DNA of 64,000 nucleotides from a virus (Duplodnaviria; Heunggongvirae; Uroviricota; Caudoviricetes): IMG/VR virus record IMGVR_UViG_648028025_000010; one strand, 5' to 3'. Shown piece by piece: positions 11,001 to 20,058 of this stretch (position 1 is its first letter; each line of letters starts with the position of its first letter). The notes under the pieces were generated by a model. It saw only the letters and a program-made list of their open reading frames with translations, ran no database searches and was not told where the DNA came from. The position numbers and the translations under genes were made by a program.

Positions 11001-11426
11001 TTGTATCTGAACCAGCAGGCGGACTTCCGATGGATTCCTGTCCCCCTTTGAGGTGGTTTCCACCAGTGCCTGCACACCGAAGGTAAAGCGCAGACGGTCG
11101 ATGTTTGCCGACGTGATGGTCCGGGTGATCGGCGTGTCGTATTTCACTTCCGTCCCCAGCACCGTCTCGGATCCGGAGGATTCAAATCCCTCCGGCGGTG
11201 TCTGCTCCTGCTCACCGGCCCGGAACACCACCGTGACGCCGGAGATGTTGGTATTCCCCTCAGTGTCCAGCACTGGCGTACTGTTCAGCAGCACGCTTTT
11301 TAATCCATCCACCGGACCTTCAATCGGCCCTTCGCTGATGGCATCGATCACACTCAGCAACTGCGTGGACTTCAGGTTGTCCTTCGCTTCGCGCGGAGTA
11401 TGCCCCTTACTGCTGCCTTTACCCAT
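8013..11426 (-). CDS. J: Host-specificity / central tail fibre protein J
   Basis: About 1137 aa from the internal Met [24 protein letters not shown]. Length and sequence are closely lambda gpJ-like, including the fibronectin-like repeats and C-terminal receptor-binding region. Confidence 0.9.
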   Translation of the reverse strand: MGKGSSKGHTPREAKDNLKSTQLLSVIDAISEGPIEGPVDGLKSVLLNSTPVLDTEGNTNISGVTVVFRAGEQEQTPPEGFESSGSETVLGTEVKYDTPITRTITSANIDRLRFTFGVQALVETTSKGDRNPSEVRLLVQIQRNGGWVTEKDITIKGKTTSQYLASVVVDNLPPRPFSIRMRRMTPDSTTDQLQNKTLWSSYTEIIDVKQCYPNTALVGVQVDSEQFGSQQVSRNYHLRGRILQVPSNYNPQTRQYSGIWDGTLKPAYSNNMAWCLWDMLTHPRYGMGKRLGAADVDKWALYVIGQNCDQSVPDGFGGTEPRITCNAYLTTQRKAWDVLSDFCSAMRCMPVWNGQTLTFVQNRPSDKAWTYNRSNVVMPDDGAPFRYSFSALKDRHNAVEVNWIDPNNGWETATELVEDTQAIARYGRNVTKMDAFGCTSRGQAHRAGLWLIKTELLETQTVDFSVGAEGLRHVPGDVIEICDDDYAGISTGGRVLAVNSQTRTLTLDREITLPSSGTTLISLVDGSGNPVSVEVQSVTDGVKVKVSRVPEGVAEYSVWGLKLPTLRQRLFRCVSIRENDDGTYAITAVQHVPEKEAIVDNGAHFDGEQSGTVNGVTPPAVQHLTAEVTADSGEYQVLARWDTPKVVKGVSFLLRLTVTADDGSERLVSTARTTETTYRFTQLALGNYRLTVRAVNAWGQQGDAASVSFRIAAPAAPSRIELTPGYFQITATPHLAIYDPTVQFEFWFSEKRITDIRQVETTARYLGTALYWIAASINIKPGHDYYFYIRSVNTVGKSAFVEAVGRASDDAEGYLDFFKGQITESHLGKELLEKVELTEDNASKLEEFSKEWKDANDKWNAMWGVKIEQTKDGKHYVAGIGLSMEDTEEGKLSQFLVAANRIAFIDPANGNETPMFVAQGNQIFMNDVFLKRLTAPTITSGGSPPVFSLTSDGKLTAKNADISGSVNANSGTLNNVTINQNCTIKGMLEATQVRGDFVKAVSKAFPKKVGTWGNTETPNGTVTVTISDDHNFDRQIIIPPIIFNGIAYDDPGSGNNPGGTRYTGYGFEVRKNGVLIASRETKGAIPGSYSAVIDMPSGGGSVTLEFKIFQKGNQGAGNITDCTVIVTKKAASGISIR

Positions 11427-11486
11427 TCCTAACGCTCCATAAACGACAAAACCGCCCGGAGGCGGTTTCACATAAAACGTTTTTCA

Positions 11487-12134
11487 TCAGCGACCAATCA
11501 CTACAACCTGACCACCATCCCCTTCGTCTGCCGTGCTGATCTCCTGAGAGACCACCCGCGACCCCACGCGCATTTCACCGTACAGAACGGGCAGAACATT
11601 GCCCTGGGCAACCATGTTATCCAGTGAGGAGAAATAGGTGTTCTGTTTGCCGTTATCTGTACTTGCTGCCGTGGGCGTCCTGGCTTTCGGTGCCAGCATC
11701 TGCGCCACTCCGCCCAGGATCATACTGGCCCCTGCCGCATACATGCCCGATACAGCCGCGGCACCCAGCCAGCCCACAGGGTTCCACCATGCCACCGCAA
11801 TCAGCGCCGCCCCCAGCACCACCTGAAACACACCGCCACTTTTAGCTCCCGCCAGACGCGGCACGATGTGGATCACGGCACCATTTGCCAGCGGCTCATT
11901 AAGACGGGCAGACAATTCGGTTTCACCTGCATCACGCCCGGCAATGCGTACCTGGTACCAGCCGTCGCTCAGTTTCTGACGAAACGCCGGGATCTGCATG
12001 GCCAGCGCCCGGATGGCTTCAGACCCCGTTTTCACTCGAAGGTCGATGCGGCGGCCAAATCGTTGTAAATCCCCGTAAAGGCAGATGCGTGCCATGCCCG
12101 GTGACGCCAGAGGGAGTGTGTGCGTCGCTGCCAT
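11487..12134 (-). CDS. I: Tail assembly protein I
   Basis: 215-aa ORF between K and J. MAATHTLPLASPGMARICLYGDLQRFGRR resembles lambda gpI. Confidence 0.8.
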   Translation of the reverse strand: MAATHTLPLASPGMARICLYGDLQRFGRRIDLRVKTGSEAIRALAMQIPAFRQKLSDGWYQVRIAGRDAGETELSARLNEPLANGAVIHIVPRLAGAKSGGVFQVVLGAALIAVAWWNPVGWLGAAAVSGMYAAGASMILGGVAQMLAPKARTPTAASTDNGKQNTYFSSLDNMVAQGNVLPVLYGEMRVGSRVVSQEISTADEGDGGQVVVIGR

Positions 12135-12775
12135 TTGTCGGTATACCTCTCTCGTTTACTCAGTTGTTCAGGAATATGGTGCAGCAGCTCACCGTCGCCG
12201 CAGTAAATGGCGGCATGATTCGGCACCGATGAACCAAAACAGCACAGCAGCACATCGCCCGGTTGTGCTGATGACAACGCCACCTGATACAGCCCTGTGG
12301 CCTCCAGATTATCCAGATAGAGATTCTGACCGTTACGCCACCAGTCATCCCCGCGATGAAAATCCGGCATCTCAATCCCCGCCAGATGATAAGCATCCCG
12401 GAACAGCGTGTAACAGTCCGTCACCCCGTGCTCAAAGCGCCGCCCGGTGAGATGCGGCACACAGCGGAACTTGTGAATCGCCCCCCGGCAGACCAGCCAC
12501 CACGGCAAATCACTCTGCACCTGCAGCCGCCGGTCAGCCTCACTCAGCCAGGGCAGACCACCGGGATGACTGTGGACCAGTGCCACAATCTCACCCTGCA
12601 TCTCTGCCTGCAGCCAGTCCTCCGGAGCCATCCGGAAATAATCCTCCGGCTCACCGGAAATATTCACGCAGGGAAAATATCTTTCCCCCTCCGGCGCTCT
12701 CACCACGAAGCCGCACGACTCCGCTGGCGCACATCGCCGGGCGTGCGCCAGAATCGCTGATTCTGTCTCTGTCAT
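12032..12775 (-). CDS. K: Tail assembly protein K (NlpC/P60 plus JAB/MPN domains)
   Basis: From internal ATG: MTETESAILAHARRCAPAESCGFVV... with the HSHPGG JAB motif, lambda-gpK-like. Confidence 0.85.
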   Translation of the reverse strand: MTETESAILAHARRCAPAESCGFVVRAPEGERYFPCVNISGEPEDYFRMAPEDWLQAEMQGEIVALVHSHPGGLPWLSEADRRLQVQSDLPWWLVCRGAIHKFRCVPHLTGRRFEHGVTDCYTLFRDAYHLAGIEMPDFHRGDDWWRNGQNLYLDNLEATGLYQVALSSAQPGDVLLCCFGSSVPNHAAIYCGDGELLHHIPEQLSKRERYTDKWQRRTHSLWRHRAWHASAFTGIYNDLAAASTFE

Positions 12776-12779
12776 GGGA

Positions 12780-13478
12780 TTACTGCGAAAGTTTGTTAAT
12801 GGAAAGGAAGCCGCCAAAGTTGCCGACGTTATTGCGAAACTTACAGCCGCTCAGGCATTTGCTGCATTTATCCTTCGTGATATCGGACGTCGGCTGGTCA
12901 TATTCATCCGCGACTGCCGGACCGTGATAACCGCACTCATCACCGCGATAGGTCCAGGTGCAGGTGTTGGCCAGCATGATACGTCCCGGAAAAACAGCGC
13001 CGTCCGTTTCCGTCGGCGTGGACAGTACAAAAGAGGCACTCACCGCGCTCAGTTCGCTGCACTGCTCAATGCGCCAGCGGCTGATCACCTCCTGCTCCGG
13101 ATCGGCGTCACTGTTTCCGTTGACGAAGTTCACCGCATCCAGAAAACGGGCGTAAACCTTACGCCGGACCACCGTTCCGCCGACCAGACTCTGCAGATCT
13201 TCCGCCATCCCGGTGACCATACCGTACAGGTTAGAAACCGTCAGTGTCGGACGGGCAGCACTGCCCTTGCCGTTCAGTTCAAATCCCGTCCCCTGAATGG
13301 GGTATACCTGATACTGCCGCCCCTGCCAGATAACCGGCTCACCTTTTTCGTTCTGCTCATTACAGAAAAAATAACGTTCACCACCGACCTCTGTCAGATC
13401 GATTTCCCAGAGCACCACCTGGGCTGACTGAGTGAGGCGTGTCGTCTCATGATGTGTTTCCTGTGGAATATCCTGCAT
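12780..13478 (-). CDS. L: Tail tip protein L
   Basis: 232 aa with conserved C-terminal Cys cluster (CTWTYRGDECGY...CSKCLSGC), as in lambda gpL. GGAGG RBS. Confidence 0.85.
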   Translation of the reverse strand: MQDIPQETHHETTRLTQSAQVVLWEIDLTEVGGERYFFCNEQNEKGEPVIWQGRQYQVYPIQGTGFELNGKGSAARPTLTVSNLYGMVTGMAEDLQSLVGGTVVRRKVYARFLDAVNFVNGNSDADPEQEVISRWRIEQCSELSAVSASFVLSTPTETDGAVFPGRIMLANTCTWTYRGDECGYHGPAVADEYDQPTSDITKDKCSKCLSGCKFRNNVGNFGGFLSINKLSQ

Positions 13479-13487
13479 CAGAGCCTC

Positions 13488-13817
13488 CTATGCCACGACC
13501 TGTTCAAAATCTGCCGTTATGGTTACCCACAGCGCCCCCACGCTTGCCGACCATTTACGACAAACCACCCTGATCGGTTTCCAGTCATAAGGTGGCGTCC
13601 ACTGAAATGCACGGACGCCACCGTGCCGTTCCAGAAAGGCTTTTAAAGATGGGTGGTCACATTTACGAACACGTATCGTCACGCTGTAAGTCGACAACTG
13701 GTTATTCAGTCCCGCCGCACGACGCTGTTCATAACCATCGCCCAGCTTCACTGTCACCACTTTCGGCTCTGATACCACATTCATATCCGGGCGCACTTTC
13801 CAGTGAAACGTCTCCAT
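13488..13817 (-). CDS. M: Tail tip protein M
   Basis: 109-aa ORF, gpM-like, positioned between H and L. Confidence 0.8.
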   Translation of the reverse strand: METFHWKVRPDMNVVSEPKVVTVKLGDGYEQRRAAGLNNQLSTYSVTIRVRKCDHPSLKAFLERHGGVRAFQWTPPYDWKPIRVVCRKWSASVGALWVTITADFEQVVA

Positions 13818-16800
13818 TACCGATATGCTCCACTTAACCGACCACCATCACGGGCCTGCTGTTGCATAAAGTCCGCTGCCGCTTTTTTCCCGAGGTCATA
13901 AACCGCCTTCAGGGCAGCCGGACCTATCTGCCCGTTCGTGCCATCGTTATTGATCTCGATGTTGTACTGCGGGGAAAACATCGCCATACCTGACCCCCCA
14001 ATATCCGCCACAACCCCCAGCTTACCGTCAGCACCACGACGCAATGGCAGAATGGCTTCAGGTCCCGCTTCCCCCATCACACCCGCGCCTTTTGCAAAAG
14101 CAAAAAACGTCGGACGGTTAACCACCGTGCCACTGTAACGACTCAAATCAGCAGACTGATAAATCCCCCCATTGGCATTCAGGGAAAGGCTGCTGAGATC
14201 AAATCCCAGTACACTGCCAATCCCTTTTATCGATTTCATCATGGTTGCCTGCGCCAGGATTTTCGCCATATCTGACAGCACAGAAGAGGTGAAGGATTTG
14301 AAATTGAGTTTGCCGGTAGTGACAAAAGTTGCCAGGCCATTTCCCATGTTGCTGAAGGCTGACGAGAACACCTGTTCTGCTGTTTCTGCCGTATTATCTG
14401 CATCCACGGTAAAATCCTGAAATGCACGCAGGACTCCGTTTTTCCAGTTACCCTGCACAACTTCAAGCTGTTGCCAGTAACGGCGATTCTCATTCAGTTG
14501 TCGGTTCAGGCTCTCCGTCAGCGCCTGCTCGGCCTTTCTGTAGTCATCCGTGTTATATGTCCCTTTCTGCTCACTATCCCGCCTCAACTGCTCCAGCTGT
14601 TGCTGGTATTTCTGGCGAAGACTCAGTTGTACCTGATATCGCTGTCGCTGCTGATCACCCATACCCACCGTGGCGATATCCAGGTCATGTTGCTGACGCT
14701 GAGCGCGCTCTTCTTCAGCCAGTTGACTGGTCAGCTGAATTGTTTTTTTCTTCAGCTCGTTGAGTGCCGTCTGTTTCTGAAGCTCCTGCTGTTTTACATC
14801 CAGCAGCGTCAGTGCCTGAATCAGTTCATCTTTACGGGCCAGCACACTCTTTTCATCTGCCGTCAGTTTTTTCCCGTCCAGGTCGCTGATGCGCTGCTGC
14901 AGAGCCAGAAGCTGTTTATGCGCTTCTGTCATCCTTTCCGTGGCAATGCCTGCTGACTGTCTGGCAGCAGCAATCTGTCCTTCCACCTGTGCCTGTTGCT
15001 GACTGTACTGCAGCAATAACCGGGTGGCCTCATCATTACGGGTTTCGCGTGTTTTTTTCTTACCGGATGCCAGGGCTTTCTCGTAACGTTCATTTTCACG
15101 TTGTATCGCCGCATCCCTGACAGCCTGATCGGCGTACTGCATGGCATTAATACGCGCAATTTCACGCTGATGTCGTGCTGCTTCCGTTTCATTCATCCGG
15201 TTCAGTGCAGCATTTTCAGCATTACGGCGTTTCTGTTGCTCCTGATAATTCCGCTCTGCCTGCTCTTTTGCATCCTGCAAATCCTTCTGGCGTTTTTTCT
15301 CCTGAAGATCGTTAAGACGCTGCTGATCGTATTCAACCTGAGAAGATGATGCCGTCCAGGGGAGTCTTTTCGCCCGCGACACTTTCTCCTGTAAAGCGGC
15401 AATCTGTTCATCCAGCGAGTCTTCACGACCAATATTCATGGCCGCATCCCAGAAACGACTCCACAAATCAGACAGATACTTCAGCGTACTGCCAAGCGCA
15501 TTGAGGTTATTATCAATATCCGCAGTACGCCGACCGGTTTCCTCTGCCAGTGCAGACATGGCTATCCGTGCAGCATCACTGGACCGCCCCTGCTCCCCAA
15601 GGACGCGTATCTGCTCAAGCTGAGTGGCAGTAAGAAAATGCAGCTCATTGTCCAGAGCCTTCGCGGCATTTACAGGATCATCCTTCAGCCGCTTAAACTG
15701 ATTTATGGTATCGCTGACCGACTGGCCAACCGATCGCTCCATCTGTGCGGCAACTCTCGCCACCATACCGATATCGTTTCCACGAAATGCACCACTCCCC
15801 ACCACCTGAGCCAGCGCACCGGCTGCAGCATGTTGCGTGATACCATTCCCGGAAATAGCACGACTGAGCGTCCACAGCTGCCCGGCAGTGACTCCGGCAT
15901 AATGCCCCGTCAGCGACAACTGGCGGTTAAATTCTTCCCCCTCCTTCTGACCGTCATACCAGGCTTTACCCAGACCATAGACGGCCGCGGCAATACCGCC
16001 AATAACCCCGCCAAGCATCATGCCTTTCGGTGACATCAGTGTGTCTATCCATCCGGCACGGTTAGCCAGCGTTATCCCGGATCCCCTCAGCGCCCCTAAA
16101 TTGCCGCGGGCCAGTTCACCTATCAGAACGCCTATCTCCTGGCGGGCTGCTGCACTTTTCAGACCCAGCGAATGCGTGGCTTTTCCTGCCTGCTCCATTT
16201 TGCGGATATACACTTCTGCAGCACTGCTTACCCCCAGCTGGGCTGCCTTAGCACGAAGCAACTCAGAAGATGAAAGATTCAGGCGGGTTGCCTGCTCTTT
16301 AAGCTGACGGATAAACGCCACTTTCTGTCGGGTAGCCTCTTCCTCAGCCTGTGTAAGAACACGGGTTTTCGCAGTAACCTCAGAAATCAGCGCCAGATAA
16401 TCCTGCTGACCAATCCCGCCACTGTTTCTGGCCTGTCGGATCTGCTGCTGAATACGCTGTAATTCCTGCAGCCCCGCACTGGCCTGTTTCACACTGTCAA
16501 TCTGACGATAAAACGCAGCAGCCGCTTTATCCTGAGCCTCCGCCAGAGCCATGGCCTGCGCCTGTTCCTCGCGCATTTTCTGGCTCAGTGCCTCCATGCG
16601 CTGGCGGGTTTTCTCCACCTCGCGGGCCATGCGTTCATGAGCCTGTGCGTTCTTCTCCACCGTCTGCGCATGGACGGATGCGGCTGTTGCAGCCGAAGAA
16701 GCTGCCTGCGTTGTCTGCCGGGCGGCCTGAGTCTGACGCTCCATAAAACGCTGCATACGGGCAGAAGACCGTTCTGCATCGCTGGCTGCACCATTCAGAA

Positions 16801-16912
16801 GGTTTTTGATACGGGGAATTTCATTTTTAAACTCTGCCGCATCAATCCCCAAATCAATGACCAGGTTGGCTATCTGGTCCATAACGCACACCTCCGGAAA
16901 TACCTTCCCCAA
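13817..16912 (-). CDS. H: Tail tape measure protein H
   Basis: 1031-aa ORF, long coiled-coil-rich central region, Gly-rich C-terminal region. In the tape-measure position. Confidence 0.85.
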   Translation of the reverse strand: MGKVFPEVCVMDQIANLVIDLGIDAAEFKNEIPRIKNLLNGAASDAERSSARMQRFMERQTQAARQTTQAASSAATAASVHAQTVEKNAQAHERMAREVEKTRQRMEALSQKMREEQAQAMALAEAQDKAAAAFYRQIDSVKQASAGLQELQRIQQQIRQARNSGGIGQQDYLALISEVTAKTRVLTQAEEEATRQKVAFIRQLKEQATRLNLSSSELLRAKAAQLGVSSAAEVYIRKMEQAGKATHSLGLKSAAARQEIGVLIGELARGNLGALRGSGITLANRAGWIDTLMSPKGMMLGGVIGGIAAAVYGLGKAWYDGQKEGEEFNRQLSLTGHYAGVTAGQLWTLSRAISGNGITQHAAAGALAQVVGSGAFRGNDIGMVARVAAQMERSVGQSVSDTINQFKRLKDDPVNAAKALDNELHFLTATQLEQIRVLGEQGRSSDAARIAMSALAEETGRRTADIDNNLNALGSTLKYLSDLWSRFWDAAMNIGREDSLDEQIAALQEKVSRAKRLPWTASSSQVEYDQQRLNDLQEKKRQKDLQDAKEQAERNYQEQQKRRNAENAALNRMNETEAARHQREIARINAMQYADQAVRDAAIQRENERYEKALASGKKKTRETRNDEATRLLLQYSQQQAQVEGQIAAARQSAGIATERMTEAHKQLLALQQRISDLDGKKLTADEKSVLARKDELIQALTLLDVKQQELQKQTALNELKKKTIQLTSQLAEEERAQRQQHDLDIATVGMGDQQRQRYQVQLSLRQKYQQQLEQLRRDSEQKGTYNTDDYRKAEQALTESLNRQLNENRRYWQQLEVVQGNWKNGVLRAFQDFTVDADNTAETAEQVFSSAFSNMGNGLATFVTTGKLNFKSFTSSVLSDMAKILAQATMMKSIKGIGSVLGFDLSSLSLNANGGIYQSADLSRYSGTVVNRPTFFAFAKGAGVMGEAGPEAILPLRRGADGKLGVVADIGGSGMAMFSPQYNIEINNDGTNGQIGPAALKAVYDLGKKAAADFMQQQARDGGRLSGAYR

Positions 16913-17183
16913 GATGCATCAGTTCTTCGTCCGTTCGCTCCGGTATCCCGTTCTCTTCCGGTAAAAGGCTGAAATCAGCCACCGCAGCATCACTGCTGCC
17001 GGACACCATTCTCACGATCAATGCCTTCAGCGAGGCAAACTGCGCATCCATCCACACATCACTGAAGCTCTGCATCCGGAAATAATCGCCCCACTCACCA
17101 AGCTCAGTGGCCGACATTTCCGACAGCATCCGCCGCCAGTCTGCCCGCCGGAACTCCCGGGCAAGCCGCATGACAAACTGCAT
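16854..17183 (-). CDS. T: gpT-frame ORF of the tail assembly chaperone (expected to be expressed as a G-T fusion by a -1 frameshift)
   Basis: 109-aa ORF in the -1 frame relative to G, overlapping the 3' end of G and the 5' end of H. This is the conserved G/GT arrangement of lambda-like tails. Confidence 0.7.
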   Translation of the reverse strand: MQFVMRLAREFRRADWRRMLSEMSATELGEWGDYFRMQSFSDVWMDAQFASLKALIVRMVSGSSDAAVADFSLLPEENGIPERTDEELMHLGEGISGGVRYGPDSQPGH

Positions 17184-17191
17184 TTCCCGCG

Positions 17192-17581
17192 TCAGGACTT
17201 TTCCGGCGTCAGCGCCTCATGCTCATCATCCACGGCATTATCAATGGCCCCCATACCGCTCAGCGACAGAACCATCTCCGCCCCCGCACCCAGGGCATCA
17301 TACGACCATGTTGTAATAACGGATGCGCAAAGCGTCTCTACATCCTTAGACTGATCCGCATTCCACAGTGAGCGGGAAACCAGCCAGGCATTGATATCCA
17401 TCCCCATCCGCAGAAAAGCAATCTGTCGTTCAGCCTCCGGCAGTTCTCCCTCCCCGGCATCAAACTTTGCCGTTCGCTGCTGAACAAACGTCAGATATTC
17501 AATTCTCTGCAGCCCGGACAGCTCACTGAGCACCACGGACTGTTTTTCATAATTAAACGTGTCCTGTTTCAGAAACATCAT
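17192..17581 (-). CDS. G: Tail assembly chaperone G
   Basis: Starts at ATGATG (MMFLKQDTFNYEK...), compare lambda gpG MFLKTESF. GGTGGAG RBS. Confidence 0.75.
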   Translation of the reverse strand: MMFLKQDTFNYEKQSVVLSELSGLQRIEYLTFVQQRTAKFDAGEGELPEAERQIAFLRMGMDINAWLVSRSLWNADQSKDVETLCASVITTWSYDALGAGAEMVLSLSGMGAIDNAVDDEHEALTPEKS

Positions 17582-17638
17582 GTTCTCCACCTGCAAAAAA
17601 GCCCCGAATAACCGGGGCAAATGATGAGTATCGTCCTG

Positions 17639-18382
17639 TTAACCTGCTGCGCTGACAGTCACCGCAGTCACAGCCACAAAATTCCCGTCAGCGGTCATGC
17701 CCACAATGCTGACACTGCCCTGCTTCACGCCTTTTACCGTGGCCACAAGTCCGTTCAGGGTAACCGTGGCAGTCTGTGGATCTGACGAATGCACACTGAT
17801 CGCTTTGTCACTGGCTCCGTCAGGTTTTACTGTAAAGGTCAGCGTGGTGGTTGCTCCCACTTTTACACTGGCAGACGCCGGTGATACTGTCAGCCCGGTA
17901 ACGCTCACGGTTTCAGTGCCTTCCTCTGCCAGATACGGACGCCCCACACCGCTGATTTTCACAGTGCGGGTCATCACGTCTTTTGAGGCAATGGTTTTAC
18001 CCAGTGAGCTCAGCCAGCCACGGAAAACATCAACAGTGCCGTTGGGATATTTGATACGAAACGCGCAGACTTCACCGGAGTCGAACAACTGAACCAGTTT
18101 TTTCTGCCCGCTGTCACCCGGACGCCAGGCCAGCGTCGCCGAAGTATCACCAACGGATTTCTGCCCCTGGGTTGTCGTTTTCCAGTCTGCATCTTCATCA
18201 TCGAGATAAGTGTCATCTTCTGCATCAGCGGTCATTTCGCCAGGTTGCAGATCCTTCACCATCGCAAGACGCAGCCAGTCAGTGTCCGACAAAGGGTTCG
18301 CAAACGCATCGCCGTTGCCGGTATACATCCAGAACGTCGTCCCCGCACCTTTCGTCTTTGCCAGTGGATTTGGTGTGGTCAT
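17639..18382 (-). CDS. V: Major tail protein V with C-terminal Ig-like (Big_2-type) domain
   Basis: From internal ATG with AAGGAGGTG RBS: MTTPNPLAKTKGAGTTFWMY... C-terminal TVTPASASVKVGATTTLTFTV is Ig-like. Confidence 0.8.
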   Translation of the reverse strand: MTTPNPLAKTKGAGTTFWMYTGNGDAFANPLSDTDWLRLAMVKDLQPGEMTADAEDDTYLDDEDADWKTTTQGQKSVGDTSATLAWRPGDSGQKKLVQLFDSGEVCAFRIKYPNGTVDVFRGWLSSLGKTIASKDVMTRTVKISGVGRPYLAEEGTETVSVTGLTVSPASASVKVGATTTLTFTVKPDGASDKAISVHSSDPQTATVTLNGLVATVKGVKQGSVSIVGMTADGNFVAVTAVTVSAAG

Positions 18383-18392
18383 TACCACCTCC

Positions 18393-18794
18393 TTAATTCG
18401 TGTACGTGATCTGGTACGTGATTTCCGCCATCGCCCAGGTGGCCATCTCATTATCACGTTGATAGTTAAAACCGAGTGGGATCAGGGTGTCGATGAGTCC
18501 GGAAAGTGCCGGTATATCATTCAGGGCAGGGAAAATGGTGCTCTCCATCCACATATCCAGCTCTGAATCCGGTGCCTGTGCCCGGATGAAGACGGCAATA
18601 TGCAGAACAGCCTGCCAGTCATCTTCATCCGTCATTTTTCCGGTGTACTGAGCATCACTCAGCCACACCGCCACGGCAGGCAGTTCCTGCGCATCAATAA
18701 ATGCCGGAAGCCCGTCAAAAAACGTGGCGCTGTCTCCACACTGTTCCCGAAGGCGTGCCAGTACGGCCTGGCGGATTTGTGTATGTCGGTTCAT
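18393..18794 (-). CDS. U: Tail terminator protein U
   Basis: Pattern ATFFDGLPA..PAVAVWL..AQYTG resembles lambda gpU. ATGA overlap with the Z stop. Confidence 0.75.
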   Translation of the reverse strand: MNRHTQIRQAVLARLREQCGDSATFFDGLPAFIDAQELPAVAVWLSDAQYTGKMTDEDDWQAVLHIAVFIRAQAPDSELDMWMESTIFPALNDIPALSGLIDTLIPLGFNYQRDNEMATWAMAEITYQITYTN

Positions 18795-19369
18795 CGGGTC
18801 AGCCATAACCTCAGTTGTTGTTTTAGTGCATACCCCAGCTGTTTCGGCATTTCCGCAGCAATGATGTGGTCGCGGGCATCTTCAAATGCCTGTGTCAGCG
18901 ATCCGGACAGCGGGATTTTCACCACATCAATGGGGTAACGATTTTTGCCATCAATACGTCGCATCACATGCCAGCGACCATTCGCCAGTTGCTGAATAAA
19001 CGCATCCCGGAAAAGATATTTACCCACCTTCAGCACACTGCCACGGTACTGCAGTTTTCCACCACGCCGGGCCAGTCTGACCCGGGCTGTCCCCAGCTTA
19101 ATGGCGGGCAGATTGCCCCGGTTAACGCGGATCCTGACCGTCATTTTTCCTGACGGACTGGCTTTAAACACCCGGACACGCTGACGTACCAGTTTCAGGG
19201 GGATCCCTTTCACCTGGTTATCTCCCGCAACGGTATTCCCGGCAACCTGCCGGGTGGCAACCGAGACCGCTTTCTGTGCCACACGGTTTATCGCCCATGC
19301 GCTGGCCTGTGGCACCATACGGGTATCAAGGCTGTTCAGATTGCGGATGGCATTCTCAAGCCCCTTCAT
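18791..19369 (-). CDS. Z: Minor tail / head-tail joining protein Z
   Basis: 192-aa ORF in the Z position between FII-like and U. Confidence 0.7.
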   Translation of the reverse strand: MKGLENAIRNLNSLDTRMVPQASAWAINRVAQKAVSVATRQVAGNTVAGDNQVKGIPLKLVRQRVRVFKASPSGKMTVRIRVNRGNLPAIKLGTARVRLARRGGKLQYRGSVLKVGKYLFRDAFIQQLANGRWHVMRRIDGKNRYPIDVVKIPLSGSLTQAFEDARDHIIAAEMPKQLGYALKQQLRLWLTR

Positions 19370-19380
19370 CCCACACCTCT

Positions 19381-19656
19381 TTACTCAATAAAGATCATTG
19401 GCTTACCGTTAAAACGTTCATGCCGTGTGACCGTCCATTGTTGTCCGTCATAAACAACGCGATCCCCGCGCCGTGGGCGGTATCCCGAAGAAAACACCAC
19501 CAGAGAGACCGCAGGTCCGGACAGAGCATTCAGCTCTGCCAGTGTTTCTCCCGGGATCACAATCATATCGACATCATTAATCGAGGCTGTCTTTCCCATC
19601 TTTCTGACCGTGATCGCATCCATACGCGCTGCCAGCCGGGAAAAGGGATCAGACAT
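19381..19656 (-). CDS. Head-tail joining protein FII-like
   Basis: 91 aa with an RGDRVVYDGQQWTV motif, similar to the lambda FII C-terminal region. Position just upstream of Z. Confidence 0.55.
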   Translation of the reverse strand: MSDPFSRLAARMDAITVRKMGKTASINDVDMIVIPGETLAELNALSGPAVSLVVFSSGYRPRRGDRVVYDGQQWTVTRHERFNGKPMIFIE

Positions 19657-19972
19657 TGAGTTTTACCGGCACTTCTTCTGCACTGGTTCCGGCATCTGCC
19701 CAGACAACCCCGACCAGCGGCTCAGAGCCGCTGTTAGTCAGCTGAACTTTTCCTGACTTCAGATAAACCTTCTTACCCGTTTTCATGTCATCCGTTTTCA
19801 GCTTAGGCAGCATAAACACACCTTCGGTTATGCCGTCGCCTGTTTCTCCCTGTGGAATATCGGTCAGCGCCACCGCAAAAACATCCCCCACCTGCACCAG
19901 ATCTCCGCTGCTGATGGCTGCACTGGCAACAATCGCCACCGTTTTTCCTTCTTCTACAAAATTCTTTGCCAT
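19649..19972 (-). CDS. Small phage head-associated protein (DUF2190-like; possible decoration/head-completion protein)
   Basis: Starts at internal ATG with GGAG RBS (MAKNFVEEGKTVAIVASAAISSGDLV...). Immediately downstream of the capsid gene. Confidence 0.45.
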   Translation of the reverse strand: MAKNFVEEGKTVAIVASAAISSGDLVQVGDVFAVALTDIPQGETGDGITEGVFMLPKLKTDDMKTGKKVYLKSGKVQLTNSGSEPLVGVVWADAGTSAEEVPVKLNV

Positions 19973-20058
19973 AACTGTCTCCGCACAGCCCCGTTCAGGG
20001 GCTGATTTCAGGTACAAAAAAAGCCCTTACGGGCCATCAGAGTTGTTGTCTGCGACGT

